Assembly: GCA_022605425.2 (NCBI GenBank)
Contig: JAKIMF020000007.1
Location: 1,302,001 to 1,366,000 of the forward strand
Length of the DNA stretch: 64,000 nucleotides
Reading direction: 5' to 3'
Source of the DNA: Hamiltosporidium tvaerminnensis FI-OER-3-3
Taxonomy: Eukaryota > Fungi > Microsporidia
The notes beneath the pieces were generated by a model. That model was not told the DNA's origin. It made no database searches and saw only the letters and a list, made by a program, of their open reading frames with translations. The translations under genes were made by a program, and so were the position numbers. This document shows, in pieces, positions 13,801 to 28,800 of this stretch; within the stretch, counting starts at the first letter, position 1, and each line of letters opens with the position of its first letter.

Positions 13801-16800
13801 AGAAGAGTTGCATAAGTAATTTAGTATGCATATTTTTTGCAAATTCTTTCGAGCGTCAAATCTTTCGGAAGAGTGTTAGCCAACCTAGGTTTCAAGATTT
13901 ACATTTCAATTAAGCACAATAAATTCGACACTTTCAATAGAGTTACATAAAAATCCTTCGTTATCTTTCAAAAAAGTTTAAATATTTTATATATTTTCTA
14001 AAACTTGCCTGAATCATACAAAACGCTTTAGATATATAGTGTATTCAAGCTCTTCTATATTCAAAAAAATGCAATTTACATTAATATTGCGGTTTGTTGT
14101 TAATTCTAGCGTTTTTGTATAAGGTATTCTCCTTCATTTTAAATAATTTTGGCAATCTAACCAAATCTAAGATTTTTACCATATGCATCTCGTCTTCAGA
14201 ATTTTCAAGATATCCTAAAAATACTTGCGTTATGTTTCTAAATTTGATAAATACACAAAACTGCTAAAATATTAGTTTGTTTTCAGAAGGGCAACGCAGT
14301 AAGAATAAACTTAAAAAATAGTAAGATATGTATAAACGATTCATAAAAGCCTTTATTTATAGACACCTAATATTTGATAGAAACATAAATTTTTTTATAA
14401 AATATTTACAATACTTAAGAATATATAGTTTTAAGTTATCTTAAATTCTTTACTTTAATCGATTGATATAAATATTTATTAGTTTTGGCCTTAAAATTTT
14501 TATTATTATCTAAAAAATATAATCTAATCTAAAATTTAAGTTCTTTAAGACTATGGTATTATATTTTGTGCAATTAAAACCGTATCAACTAAAATAACAT
14601 ATACGAAATAACAATAAGTTAAAAATAAATTCAGGAATTTATTTTACAAAGATTGTTCTATATTGTATGAAATTCTATGAATCTAACAAATATATAGTAC
14701 TTTGAATCTAATCGGCTATGCTTATCGAAATTATAACAAAATTTGAAGCTGAGGATTTTTTTTAAGCAAATTATTAGAAATGGAAATGAATTCGCGATGG
14801 TTTAACAAAAAAATCAAATAGAACGTGTTAAAGCGACCAATCTAAAAAATACGCAATTTAGACTTAATCCCCAAATTGCTTCTCAAATCTAACAATGAAG
14901 TATGGCAAAACCCAAAATTGGGAATAACATTCAAGCAAGGTAATTAGTTCTATTTATTTTGTTTTACAGGTACCACATTAAGATTATTAATTCTTAAAAA
15001 CTTATTTTGATCAGACTTATATTCTAAGATACAAAGTTATTATATTTCTGCATATTATCAGCCTCATATGTAATATTAGATTTTTTTATAATATATAAAT
15101 TATTATTGATATATCGTAAAAAACGCTTTTGTCAAAATTTATCTTAAGGTATCGTAATAACATAAAAATTTAGAGCCAGAAAAATCGACTTTGATCGTAG
15201 AAGTTTTACGGTAGAAAATGTATTTTGTTTGCATATGTTATAAGATATATTATATAGATAGGACTCAGAGTATGAAACCTTTTAGGTTCTTGCATTAAAT
15301 TCGATAAAGTGAAATATAAAATCTTTAATATTAAACTAACTTATATTTCTTTGATTTTAACCCTTTTTTAAAATTTTAAAAATTTCATCTTTTATGATTT
15401 TTTTAACTTAGCTAATCCTGCGTATTCCTAGAAAGATGATCTGTACCTTTACGATTCTATCATTAGAGATTATTAGAAATTCAATTAAGATGACTTCATT
15501 TAAACTGTACACATATTGCTACATTCTAATGAAAAATTAGATAACTACGAAAACATCTTCTTTTTGTTGAATATTTTATTTGTTTTTTTCGGAATCTGTA
15601 ATTGGGTAACTCTTGCATTTTGAAACTATTGTCAAATTTTAAGATTATTAAAATTTAGCAGAAAATTTATTTTTTTTATAAATTTTCATATATAAAAATT
15701 TGACAATATTTTTATATTCTACTAAGAATTGATTTTGTCTGCATGGGGAAATATTAATACATCCTTTCTAATTTAGTGTATGATTTTGAATGTTACGAAT
15801 TTCTACTATGTTTAATACATCTTTAAATTAATACCAATAAACCTTTACATCTTTAAAAACTTGTTTTTATTTAGTGGGAATTTTTAAGTTGATATTTTTT
15901 GCAAATTAATTATCAAATTTTGAATAATGACCCTGAACGTAGTATCAATAAAAGTCACGTATTTATATTTAGAGTATATACTTTCAAATATATTTAAGGG
16001 TTGCTTTTTTTATAAAATTATTTTTGAGTCTTTTTTGTATTTTAAATACTTATTTGTAAAAGGTTAACATTTATTATTTTAGATGAGCATATCTGATCAT
16101 TGTATACAACTTTTTATATGAGCATAAGTTTTTTGATTTCCAAATTTGTTCATATTTTTAAAATTTTAATTAATATAAGGAAATTTGAAATTACTGTTCT
16201 GTCCATCGTTATAAGATTTCAAATGTTAGCTTTATTATTTAAATCTATTATTAAGATATATATCTTAATCATCACATACTAGAAAAAAATTTACAGGTAT
16301 AAAAAAATAACTATTCATAAGATATATTTTGTAACAGATTTCAATTTTTTTAATTATCTGTTAGAACCAGATTTAAAATTTACAAACATTGCTGCGAACA
16401 ATAAAAAAACTACAAACTAGTAAAACGTGCTTACTCTTAGTAAAATAATCGTTCTAGGAGCAAAAATAAATGTTTTTTACAAATGTATTTACGCATATTA
16501 AATATTTGAGTATCAAACACGCTAGTTTATCAAATATCCTAGCGTGCTAATTGCCAAAACAATTTTAATTTTATAGATATATGATAGGAAGGTTTTTAAA
16601 AGTATAAAATTATTGTGAAATCAAAAGAAATAGACTCTAGTTCATTATCTCAAACTATTTATAGATCAAAAAATTTTAAAAGCTTAAATTCTTCTTTAAG
16701 GCCCTAAAAACGTTTGTACGGCTAATTTTATGCGTCTTTTGTTAGAAATCCTTTTTAATGTTAAAAAACTAGTAATGTATTCGCAATTTATTATTTTTTT

Positions 16801-17999
16801 AGCATTGAATAAAATTCCCAATAAAATTTTTTTTATAGTTTTACTAAAAATAAATAGTAAAAAAATTTAACAACTCCATACTGTTTCTAGTTATTAAAAT
16901 CATATTTTTCAAATTAGAAATATTTAATGAACTTAACAAAAGGTATCAATCTGTAAAGAAATAGATTGATTGTAGAAAAGAATTTTGTTCCTTAAATATC
17001 TATACGTATAAGTTATATGAATATATTGAAAATAATGAAAGAAAAAGACAAAATATTGATAAATCGTATATCAATTTTTGTGCAATATATAAAGTGTCCG
17101 TTATAAATATTATTTTCCTATTCTTCTACTATAAATCTGGCTGCTTTTCTTACGATATTTGTATTAAAATATTATTTTTTTTTCTGATTAATACGAATTA
17201 GTTATGCTTAAAAGTAAAATACTTTGTATGTAAGAGAAAGAAACAGGATTTTTGTAACTAATATACTGCCTCTTTATAATTATAAGAGACATTTTCTATA
17301 GAAAATTTGTTAAGCCCAATATCAGATTTCAGACAATGCAAATAGATTTTCTAACAAATCGGTTTATCATAAATTTGAGGCTACGTCAGAGGTAGCAAAT
17401 TTTAATCTATGAATTATAGTCTTGATACCTCCGATTCCCTGTAAAAATAAATATTAGAGTACTTAATACACAGGTCAATTACAAAATATGTTTAGCTCAT
17501 AAGATGTTATGTGAGATAAAAATTTCATTTGCATGTAAACGATTTTAATTGTTTGTAAAAAACGGAGTCCATATAAAATTTTTTTTCTTATTTGAATTGT
17601 TGTTAGCTATAGAAAATTTTAAGGTTGATTTTCCAGGCAAAAAATATTCTATATAATTGTTTTTTGAGCAAAATGACCTTTGCAAATTCTCAATCATATT
17701 TTAACGGCTTTTTTTTAAAAAATACACTCAAAAGAACAATTCTTAGTAGTTATAATAAAATATACAACAATAGTGTATTTATTCTTATGTCGTCTTTTAG
17801 CGACTTTTGTATTTCGTTTGTGATTGATTTAGTATCTATTTTCGTTACGTAAATCATTAATTTAAAACAACCCACAATTTAAAGTTTCTTTATCATCTAC
17901 TTTATAATAAATACCTTATAAAGGAATTCTCTATTCTAATGACACATGCTTTAAAAAGTACAAGATTTATATTTGACAAATCTAATGTAACAGTTTTTT

Positions 18000-18228
18000 C
18001 ACCGTGCCGTAAGGAGACTTGGCCTGGAGTGTTTTCTGCTTGTCGTAAGAGGCGACTAAAAAAGCCTGGTCCTCCAGGTTGGGGTCAGGGCGTAGGGCTA
18101 AGAACTCCCTTTAAAACTACCTTGTTTACGAAAACCAAAGAAGTAAGCGAACCCACTTAAAGAGACTGATTGGAGGCCTTACTGGGAAAGCCAAGACTCG
18201 TGCAGGGCCGTAGTGCCTAGGATGAATA
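18000..18228 (+). mobile_element. Family A bipartite RTE-like SINE, copy 1
   Basis: Contains CTGCTTGTCGTAAGAGGCGACTAA and GGGCGTAGGGCTAA (RTE-type 5' UTR motifs) joined to AAGCCAAGACTCGTGCAGGGCCGTAGTGCC plus a GATGAAT tail (RTE-type 3' end). Aligns to copies at 20.7, 25.6 and 31.6 kb. Confidence 0.8.
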
Positions 18229-20679
18229 AGGAATTGCGCAAGGTAGCGACAAATGAACAGCGTTGCAATTCCATTATATTATTTAGAAAATGCATAAAAA
18301 TATTTATACTAAATCTATTTTTTCTTAGATTTTCTAGAATTACAATATATAAAATAAAATATCCTTAATTCTAAAGAATAATTTTTAGACTTGCTAGGTT
18401 ATTTTGGACAACTTTTTACGTTCTTAGTAAAAATTCATCAATAATAATATTAAGATAAAGTTTCAAGAACTTAAGTCTTATGTTATAATATTTGGAATAT
18501 TATTTCAGAATTAAATTGTAAAAAAAATAAATTATATTTTGCAACTCTTTTTTGAATCTAAAACGTTTAATGATCAGTTCAATCGCTTATCCAATCCGTG
18601 TAGATACTTCATGCTTATGATATTAAAATTGCTATATAATTCTGAATGGCAAAATATTGTATGTTTTAGTGTCAAACAATTTAGGTTTTTAATACATTTT
18701 TAGTTGCAAGAAAAATTGTAAACACTTTGGAACTACTATTTGAACTATTTTTACTGCCACCAACACTGCTTACTAAATAAAGTAAAATCATTCTTTTTGG
18801 TTAACAGTTTTGTGATTAGAAAGTCAAAATCGCTTCTTGGTACTTTTATTTTTGACAAGATATATAAAAGATATTTTTATATCATCTAAATATAAATGGT
18901 TCTTTTTTCTAAAATAATGTTTACAAAGTTTATAAACTTGTTGCAAATATTTTTTATTTTTGCTTACGTGGTGAAATTTAATTTTACAGGATTATTTTTT
19001 GTTATTCTATATAGATTTTTAATTTGGTTAATGTAACTATCATATATTTGTAAATTTTTAAAGTATAACGATTTTCTGATACACAAAAAATATCCAACCT
19101 GATATGACTTCTCGTTTTACGCTATAACTGTAAATGTAAATTTTGATATTATTTTAAAATGCAGTCAGAGTGTAAAAATCTCCTTGTTTTTTTATTATGA
19201 AGAATTAAGATTAATTAAACAGATATCTAATTCGTATTGCTAAAAGTACGAGCTATTCAAAAAGAAAGAGCATCTCTTTTATATTAAACAAAAAAAAATA
19301 AATTGTGTTTTAAACCACTATATTAAATTTTCCTCAATTAAGATTTGGTTTTTCGAATCCTTGAGGTTATCCTTTAAAAGATTGAAAAAGCAGTCATTAT
19401 ATCGGAGGGATAAAATAAATGAGATTAATACTTATGTTTTGACGAAACTCAAACGCTAATTTTAATCTTCTTGATTCTCTTAGAACACGTAAATTATATT
19501 GAAGAAGCCAAGATATTAGCCGCTAAGGAAATATCGAGTCAGCTCAACGCAAATATAAGGTGATTATTAGTCTTTTAATATTTTCGAAACGAATAAAGAT
19601 CTTTTTGAAAAGTTTCAATAAAAATACTCGCATATGACTCGAATCCAATGCTTTTTATATATGATAAACGAATTCGAAACATTATTGTCCTCAGATAGTC
19701 GTTTTCTTGTTTTAACATTTTATATTTTGGCGTTTCATGATTATTTAAAAATAATTGTCATTCATAATAAAAAATTCTTTGTAGTATTAGTAATTTTTGT
19801 GAAATATACAATAAAAAGTCGTACTTTTAAATTTTTTAGAGACGATCATATTGTATTATAAAAAAAAATAACTACATACTAAATGCCTTTTTAGCGGCTA
19901 ATTTTCAGAGTTTGTTTATAACCCGTTTAAAACATTAAAACGTCTAAAGCTGCAAAAATTCCATGTATCACAATAAAACTTTCCAGATGTTTGTTTTACA
20001 GCTTATGTTTAATTAGCATTTAGTATATGTTATAGTTAATCTTTTGATGGTGGATGTCTACACAATTAATATAAATGCTCGTTGCTCATATAATGTCTAT
20101 CGTTCTTTTTAAAAAAAACATTATTTAGAAAGTTCTTAGAAATTTAATGTATTATAAAACAAATATTTAAAATAAATTAAGGTTTTAAATATACTTTGGC
20201 ATAAATATTTTTTTTATGTATGAAATTTATCTATTTAACGATGTACGATAAATTCGTATATAATATATTCCAAAATCGTCGTCTTATACTGATAATGAAT
20301 TTACTTTAGATGAACTCTTTTTTTTAAAATTGAAACTCATTGTCAATACATAAAAAGTTGGCTCTCCTTTTATTGGCTTATAAACATTATAATAAAATAT
20401 TTATACTAAAAATTTTAAAAAACTTTTATATGATTAAGTTATTAAAAAAACCAAAATGTTTTGAGAAAATGTATATTTTACAATTCGTGGCATGAATTAT
20501 AAATGAATTTTCAATACATTTAAAATTATAGAAGAAAAAATGTTCCAAAGTTGTGTTATCAAATTTATATTCAACAAGAAATTTTGCCTATACAATAACT
20601 ATGGTATAATAATAATTCTTTTTTACTCTATTATAACTTAGTGTTTCGAAATATTTAATTGCACTCTTCTTCGAAAAAT

Positions 20680-20890
20680 ATTCATTCTTTCATCCTCGGC
20701 ACTAAAGCTTTGTACGATCCTTGGCTTGTCTCTGTAATACCGCTTAACCAGTCTATTTACGGCGGGTTTCCGTACTCTTTTTGGTTTCTTATACAGGTGG
20801 TAAAAAGAGTGCGTGTTTTGCTCTTCGCTCAACGTGGAGACCAGTTCAGCTTAGTCGCTTCTTGCTAAAAGAAGGGAATACACCTAATCA
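20680..20890 (-). mobile_element. Family A SINE, copy 2 (most diverged)
   Basis: Reverse complement reads ...GCAAGAAGCGACTAA...GGTCTCC...GCGGTATTAC...AAGCCAAGGATCGTACAAAGCTTTAGTGCCGAGGATGAAAGAATGAAT, colinear with the other copies. Confidence 0.75.
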
Positions 20891-23800
20891 AATCTGCTGC
20901 AGCATGGTGTAGGATAATTGAGTATATAACTCGGGAGAGTATTGTTTGTCTAAAATTATTGGCTATTTTACAATCTTTATATCAAAATTTTAATGTTTAA
21001 AAGAAAAATTACAGTTTCCAATAAAATATGTGGTACATTCTGCGCAATCTTAAAGATTCTAAATGATAAGACCACATAAAAATATATTGCAGTTCTGTTA
21101 CCCAGCGAAAAAATATCAACTAAGCAACCAAGAAATGCTTCTGCTTCTTTATTTCATTTTAATAGCTGAAATTTGCGACAAATATTATGTTTATGCTTTT
21201 CCAGTTATAAAGAATATTTGAACTTGAATATTGCTAGTTTTAATAGAGATTCTCATAAAATATCTATAAAAAAATTGTTCGTTTTTTGTATAAAATAGTT
21301 TTATTTGTTATAAAATAAAGCTGCATAAGTTTCAAAATAACTTGCTAATGTTTTTTAATATTGGAATTGTTTAATGGCTGGATTTGCAGGGATTGAAACA
21401 CATAAGTTATCATATAAACTTAAGATGAAATAATTAAAAATACAGAAGATAAATGCTTTTTCTCAATTACATAATTAAAACTGAAAAACAAATACTTATA
21501 ACTAGATTTGACTGAGCTTAAAATTAAACTAAAACATTTAAAATTAGCAAAATTTGTTTCAAATTTTATTGAGTAGAGATATTAATAGTCTATTTTTGTA
21601 GTAAATATCATTTTCTACGCAGAAATGTCGAATCTGGTCATTAAACCAACTTATTTTGCAATAAACTAAACTTACTAACTTTGCTAAAAAAGTTAAAATT
21701 CTAATAAGAAAAGTTTTTTTTAGTAAAATGAGACACTCTCTCTAGCCAAATCTTAAGTTTCAGAATATAATGATAAGACTTTTATATTTTGCTACATATT
21801 ATCTCTTAACTAGAATAAATATACATTTTATATATTAAAACGTAACTTTTTGATAGTTATTCACCTATGTAAAAATCCTTAGATATAAAATAAAAACGCA
21901 TGCAGAAATATTTTATAAAACCACTGTTTCTAAATTTGCACATATATTCTATAAATATCTCATTTTCTATGCTTCTAAACTTTTAAAATTAATAATTTTA
22001 GTTTCATCTCATTAAAAGATACTTTTAAAGGGGTGGCATTCGATTAATAATCTAATTTTCTGTATTTGCTCATAAAACCCATTCCAGAAAAAATTAATTA
22101 GCCTATATTATTAGCAATATTGTTTTTCAGCCAACATTTCTGTAGCATCTATAGTCTTCATGGCTTTTATATAAACGAAATCTATGCTTTATATATTGAT
22201 ATAGTACTGCGAAAATTTCCGTAAATTTTATAAATATATTTCTCGGATTTATAAAAAATTGATTGTAAAATTTTTTGCTTATGTTTATTTATTCTATTAT
22301 TTTTAAGAAAACTAGTGAATGCTCAACCCCGGAGAAAATGAGGATTTCTTATGAAATTGCAAGATAGATCAAATATATAATGAATGTAATTATTTTTTTA
22401 TGAAAGAGTTTGAAAAGAATTATATTAATTCAGCGTAATTATTATTTGAGATTTCTATAGTAATGAAATACCTTTTTAATACTAGTTTTTTTATCAAGCT
22501 GATATGTTTTGTTTAGATAGGAAAATTTTCACCGTAACAAATCTTGTTTTTTGGCTTAATAACACTAGGAAACATTGAATTCCTATAAATATATAGGTAA
22601 AATTTTAACTTATAAAATAATTTATTAAAATTTCTATAATTAGTTAATATAGCCTATTATTCAATTTTGATACACATTTTAGATTTAGACACAAAGATCA
22701 GTTTTCAATTTATTATAACCAGTCTAGAAATCAAATCTAATATTATAGTGATTCTTATTCATTTTAACATTTGTAAACGCGAATATACAATTTGTTTTAA
22801 TTTTTTTTAATTTTTTATATTTTTTTATATTTTTTTGAGAAAATATTAGGTTCTCGTATGAACGAACTAAAAGTCAAATGTCAAAAAAATTGTTTTTAAG
22901 AAATTTGTTGTGAATCTGTTATGATTATATGAATACAACTTTTCGATAAATTTATAACAAAATAAAAATATCTAAACAACCTTCTGAAGATAAACCATTG
23001 AAGTGTATTTTTGACTCCGTTTAGAGAAAATGTCTCAAAGATAATATTATGACCGTTATACAGTAATTCGTATTTATATCAAGATAAATAAAATAATCAA
23101 TACTAGTTTTGCAATAAATTTAATATTAAACAAATTACAATGTTTTTCCTGAGCTAAAATCATTCGATAGATAAATATTTTAGATCTTAAAATATGTTCC
23201 AAAAATGACCTTGATTTTTTTGTAGTTATGAGTTTATTGTCTTATTGTTTTTCCTCGTATAAAAAGATTTTATGCATTCAATAAAACTTATATATTCACA
23301 GTTTTCTGTCTAAAATGCTTAGATAAAAAATATATGTCTATCTTAGTATCATATTTTTTTCGTGATTCATATTTTTAGAATAAAACACGAACTATGTTAT
23401 AGAAATACTTGGTTACTAAGTTTTCGGGTTTCTTTTGACTTTCTTGATTTTCTGATTGGATTTTCAATCTGGCAAACTTCTAATTTCATGAAAAGCGATC
23501 TGCGAATTATCTGTTATAAAGGTTGTCTTAAGGGGTCAGTTATATAACTGCAAAACTAATCTATTTCAGATCGATGTGCTTTATTTGGAAAATCCAATCA
23601 TTTTTAACACTGTGACACGGAGTCATATTGTTTTCATGGTATTAACGTTGCTCTAGTTTACGATTAATAACTGCACCCCTAACATCACATCGTATCTCTT
23701 AAGATACCGTCATTTCAATGGCTTGCATCTAAAAGCGAGAAATTAATTTTGGGGATAGGAAGTTTCTCAGGTGTTCGTAAATTTCGCGGCTCATGTGTTA

Positions 23801-25648
23801 TCACAGATCGAGACTGGCCTCGTGGTTCTCAAGACTAGCAGCATACACAGATACTCTATTCTAAACTATACTTAATAAATTCAATGAAAAATAATATTTG
23901 CAAATTTCATGGTCTATATAAATGTTTTAGTCTCATATTACAACTTTGGCTTGTAAATAGCATTTCTCGCTTTATCTATTGTATGTTTTTTTGTATCTCC
24001 CAGTCATCCCGTCTCGTAACACGAGTGAGAGACTAGAGGTCTCTAAGCTTTCACATGGCATTAGGTGAAAATTCAATTGTCGTTTCTAATCTAGTTTCTA
24101 TACATAAAAACGACTATTTATAGAAATGTTTTGAATGTTTTTAACATCTCTCAAAATTGTACAAGCTTTCATTGACCTCAGATTGTCTAATTCAAGCTTC
24201 ATCACCTGAAAATCTAACCATTGATTCTATAAATCAATTGCAAATACTTATTACCAAGCAAATAGTTTAAATGTTCTTACCTCCACATAAATATTTGCAA
24301 CAAGAAAATTTTTAATGATACAATTTTAGGAAGATTAAGCTTGCCATTCTAAAAAAGAGCTTTTCTAACAAAAAAGCAGCACACTCCTTGCACCAACAAA
24401 AAGAATTTAACAGGATATCAAGAAATGTGTTCAATGGGGCAAATACAAAGGAACATGGCTAGAAAACACAACAAATATAATGCAACATTCAGAGGAGAAA
24501 TATTTTAAACTTACATATAATAAACTTCAAAAAACTAAAGCAAAAAAGGCGGAAAATTAATTTTGAAATAAATCAAAATCAAAAATACATGAATAGATTA
24601 AGAATTTAAGCAAAAACGAATAACATATATCAAATGAATGCTGTGAAAATTACATAAAATACGAAAATTTAACTTATCATAAAATTTGTAATGAATTATA
24701 AATTAAGCAAGCAATAATAGACAGTTTTAGTAAACTCAGACTATATTTGTCTTCAATTTTGAGCGATCTTTTTTTATAATGAAAAAAAATCCAACAAATC
24801 GCTAGGTCGTCTTATAAAGAATTATCGCATTTTCGCGTCCAAAAATAAATGAATCTCAAAAAATAATGAATGAAAAATAGTGCCGGTTCTGTGAATCTCT
24901 ATGTGATGTTGTGATTTTACATTCTATTTGTTTTGATCGGTCTAAATATAAATTCCATTGTCTAATCTATATATTTAAAATAGCTCTAACGAAACATATT
25001 ATTTTTGATTTAACTGCATTCATGACAAAAAGAAGTAGAAAAAATGATCTGCTATCTTTTTGATGAAAATGTGAATCAATGTATAAATTTAACCGAAATT
25101 TTGCACAAAAGACGATAACATATTGTTATGGAATAGAATTTTTTGCAGTATTTTTTTTAGATAAATGCCTAATTTCTTCATAAGACAAAAAAATCACGAA
25201 AAAAAACTACAAGCTAAAATATAAAAGACAATTGTCTAAATTGGAGAGATAGATTTTATCGTACCTATCCAAGAGTTTATAATGGTCTAGAATGATATTT
25301 CCAAAAAAGCCAGGAATCCTTAATTTGGAAATACGTGCGGGCACTTTAGACTTAATAAAGCTTCATTTTTTATTCCAACAGATTAACCAAAGTCATATAA
25401 CCTACAAGTATAGTAGTTGTTTACTTCAATTAAGAAAAAAAAATAGTTAATATTAAAGTATTATAATTACATCGGTATATCTCAATTAATAAAAATTGAA
25501 TACTCAACTATATTAGCCATATATTCCCGTAATAAGTATAGTTTGTTAACCCGCTTAAAAGCCGAAAGTTATACAGCTGTTCGTCATAGAGGAATCTGAG
25601 AAGGTGGAAAGTAAAATTAGAATTTTAAAGAATATGTTATGATAATCA

Positions 25649-25817
25649 CTAAAAGGGAAGGATCCTTCATGCTGGGCGTAGGGCTAAAAACCCACTCTTT
25701 AAAACCACCTTGTTACGAAACCCTCAAAAGTAAACAAACCCACTGGAAAAAGACCATTGGGCGGTATTACTGAGGGAGGCCAAGGCTGTGCAGGGCTGTA
25801 GTGCCGAGGATGAATGA
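25649..25817 (+). mobile_element. Family A SINE, copy 3 (5'-truncated, with TSD)
   Basis: Starts within the CTAAAA of the conserved motif and ends GGAGGCCAAGGCTGTGCAGGGCTGTAGTGCCGAGGATGAATGA. Flanked by the perfect direct repeat ATGTTATGATAATCA (25634-25648 and 25818-25832). Confidence 0.88.
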
Positions 25818-28800
25818 ATGTTATGATAATCAAAAACATAACCTTATCTAAGTTCTTACAGTATGTTAAAAATTAATGCTAGAAAATTACATAACGAAAG
25901 GGCATAAGAGGTTTGTTCTAGAAACTTCCAATGCTCGTGAAACATGTAGAAAGAGCATAAATATAGTAACGCTATAATATGAACATAGAAATATTGATTT
26001 ACTTGTAATAATGACTTGCAACTCATATATTTTGAAAACGTATGATTGTCAATAAATGAAAAGAACAAGACAAGTACACATAGCTGATAAAATTTTGGTC
26101 AAAAGTAAGGTTTATGATATAATTTTCATAAAAAAATCAAATTTTAACAAAGCAAAAGTTTTGAATCTGAAATTTTTAAAAGACTTAGCCTGTTTCAAAT
26201 ATATAGATAGGTTTTAATGAATTCGTTAGATTCAGCAATGGAAATCGTTAATCGACAGCTAAGGCTTTCTGGCTAACCTAAAGCAATTATATGTTATACT
26301 GACAAAAATATAAACCTTGACCTTTATATGCTTTGTTTTTTTTTTACCTGTTGAAAAATCTATTTTTCAAATCTCTTATATAGGAAATTTTACATTACTA
26401 TACTATTTGCAGATTAATATATTCTGTTTAAGGAAATATGAATCAAAATTAAAACTAGAAAAAATAACCAGCAAAAGGCTGATGCGCTTCATTCTCCCCG
26501 GAGTTTGCTTTTAACATAACTATGATGTAAATATAAAAACATTGGATCGTATAAACGTGTAATGCCTCGCTTTGGTTATGCCCTCAATGCAACCAATCTA
26601 CCAAAATTCGCTATAACTTTAAACAAATAAAATTTACCGGGAATTGGGAAAAAAAAAATTAATATTCGCTTTAAAGAATATTGTAATCATATACCCAAGA
26701 TAAACTCCAACGTAAAAATTTTTATTTATCATATGAAACCTGAAGAATAATTAAACACCATGAAAATGATAGGATATATGGTCTTCTTAAACAAACAAGG
26801 ATTTGCGACACCGTATAATGAAATATTTGTAAAGTTAAGCTTGTTTCGAAAATACAAGCTCACCGAATAATTTTATGCAAAAAGAAAATTTTATTTTATA
26901 TATCATAAGCCTAGATCGAAAAAACTCGAATCTTGCCTAGTATATACTTAATTCAAGTTATTATCTAATAATTAGTATATATTCTTATCTATTTGAGGCT
27001 TTTATATTCGAGCAATACAAATTATAGACAAATTGAAGCAATTCGCATTTTCAAGCAATTATAGTTGATTTGAGTTGTGATGTAATCTTTTATTTTTACA
27101 AAATGTTAATCTCGAGAAATTCAGAAATTTTATTTTTTGTTTTTAATATGATTTTATAAGTTTAGAAATCAATGAAAATTTATTCAAATTATTATTATAA
27201 TGAGAATTATGAGAAAGATGGTAGGTTTTTAAATTTTTTTACAAATTATGGGCGGGCCACGTAACAATGATCTATTGAGCAAGATCAAAAATCGAAAATC
27301 GAATTCCGAATCTGATTCTTACTCGTTTAAGCCTTACTCCTAAACAACGGAAATTTTGGTTAGACTAACGCAAAAACTCTTTGAATGAAATCTTTTTGGA
27401 AAGCCTATACGGTAAAGCATATGGATAAGCTTTTGTCACGCTTTATTATAGTCACTCGTAAAAAAAATCTTATCAAAAAATGTGTCCGACTCTGCTCTTA
27501 AAAAAGTTTGTTTTTAAACACATCCTACAACACACAAAGGATTTAAATCACAAAAGTTTCCATGCTGGGTTTCTATTTTATATTGAGAGGGAAGGGAGTT
27601 ATAGTTTATAAACTAGTTTAGAAAAAGTAAAAGACGCCTTCGAACAGATGTGAAAATCTATGAAGAACATTTAACTAAGTTAATTACATGTTTTGGAATG
27701 TTTGAAAACAGTGAAAATTATGTTTTCTTCTTAGTAATATATAAACAATAAATTAAAATATCTGTTTCTTCTTGCTGTTACGTAAATTGCACGAAAACTA
27801 TAGATTCAGAATAGAATGTAATATTTGCAGCTCAAAACTCTTTTGTTTATAGACAAAACATCAATATGTCAAAAAATCTAACTGCAAAAAATTCTAGAAT
27901 ACAGTTGCTTCTTTGTATTTCTAAATATAGGCTTAAGATGCAGCTTATTCATAAAAGAAATTTGTAAAGTTTTTGAGTGTAATTTTTAAAATTGCAAATC
28001 TGATTAGATTATACTTGCAAAAACGACTTTATAATATATTAAATGATCATGGGTTTGGACAAATATAAAATATTGCTCAATATAGTCGGGAAATGGCAGG
28101 TAATTAAATAATTTTTAGCAAATTAGGCTAACATAATAGCTCAAAATAAGCATTTAGTAACAACCTATGAAATCTTTTGTTACACCTTATAAATATTCAG
28201 TAAACTGAGAAAGTTTAATAATACTGCCCTGTCCTATAAAATAAAAAAATAGTAAATAAATAATTTCTGCAGATTCAAGATTGAACGCAGAGCCTTTGGC
28301 TTTTATAGAAATACATTTATCTCGGTCGAAATAAATAATATGAACTGGTTATAAATACATTCGGGATTAGAAATCACAAAAGGCTTTCAATTAATTTTAA
28401 TCTTTTTTTAAGATAAAAACATATAAATAATTCATGAGATGATTCTAAATAGTTCATCTTCAGAAGAGCTCGAAAGACACAATTAAGTGTATAATCCGCT
28501 ATTTTAATGCCAAAAACAATTCAATATATAAATAGGTTTAAAACATAATGAGCAGAAGTTCGAACCTAAAAAGAAAGGTTTAAATATTTAGATTTTTGAA
28601 GAAAGACGTCCTGAGATAAATATTTTTTTTTCAAAAGTTTGATTTGAATTCGAATGTATGTGCAAGGTGTTAGATTAATCAAGAAATTAAAATCAACTTA
28701 GAATTCGCTACTACAAATTATAACTAAGAAAGCTTGAATTATCATTGGAATTGTATCAAAGTCATTTTACTTGGGTTAGAAATGGTAAGCTATTTTTTTT

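Noticed and set aside
17939-18160. Short ORFs over family A copies (also 20638-20868 and 31547-31729)
   Set aside because: They are by-products of the GC-richer SINE and the frames are not conserved between copies.
27320-27380. Tc1-like peptide LSLTPKQRKFWLD
   Set aside because: A single short motif, with no DDE motifs or TIRs found.
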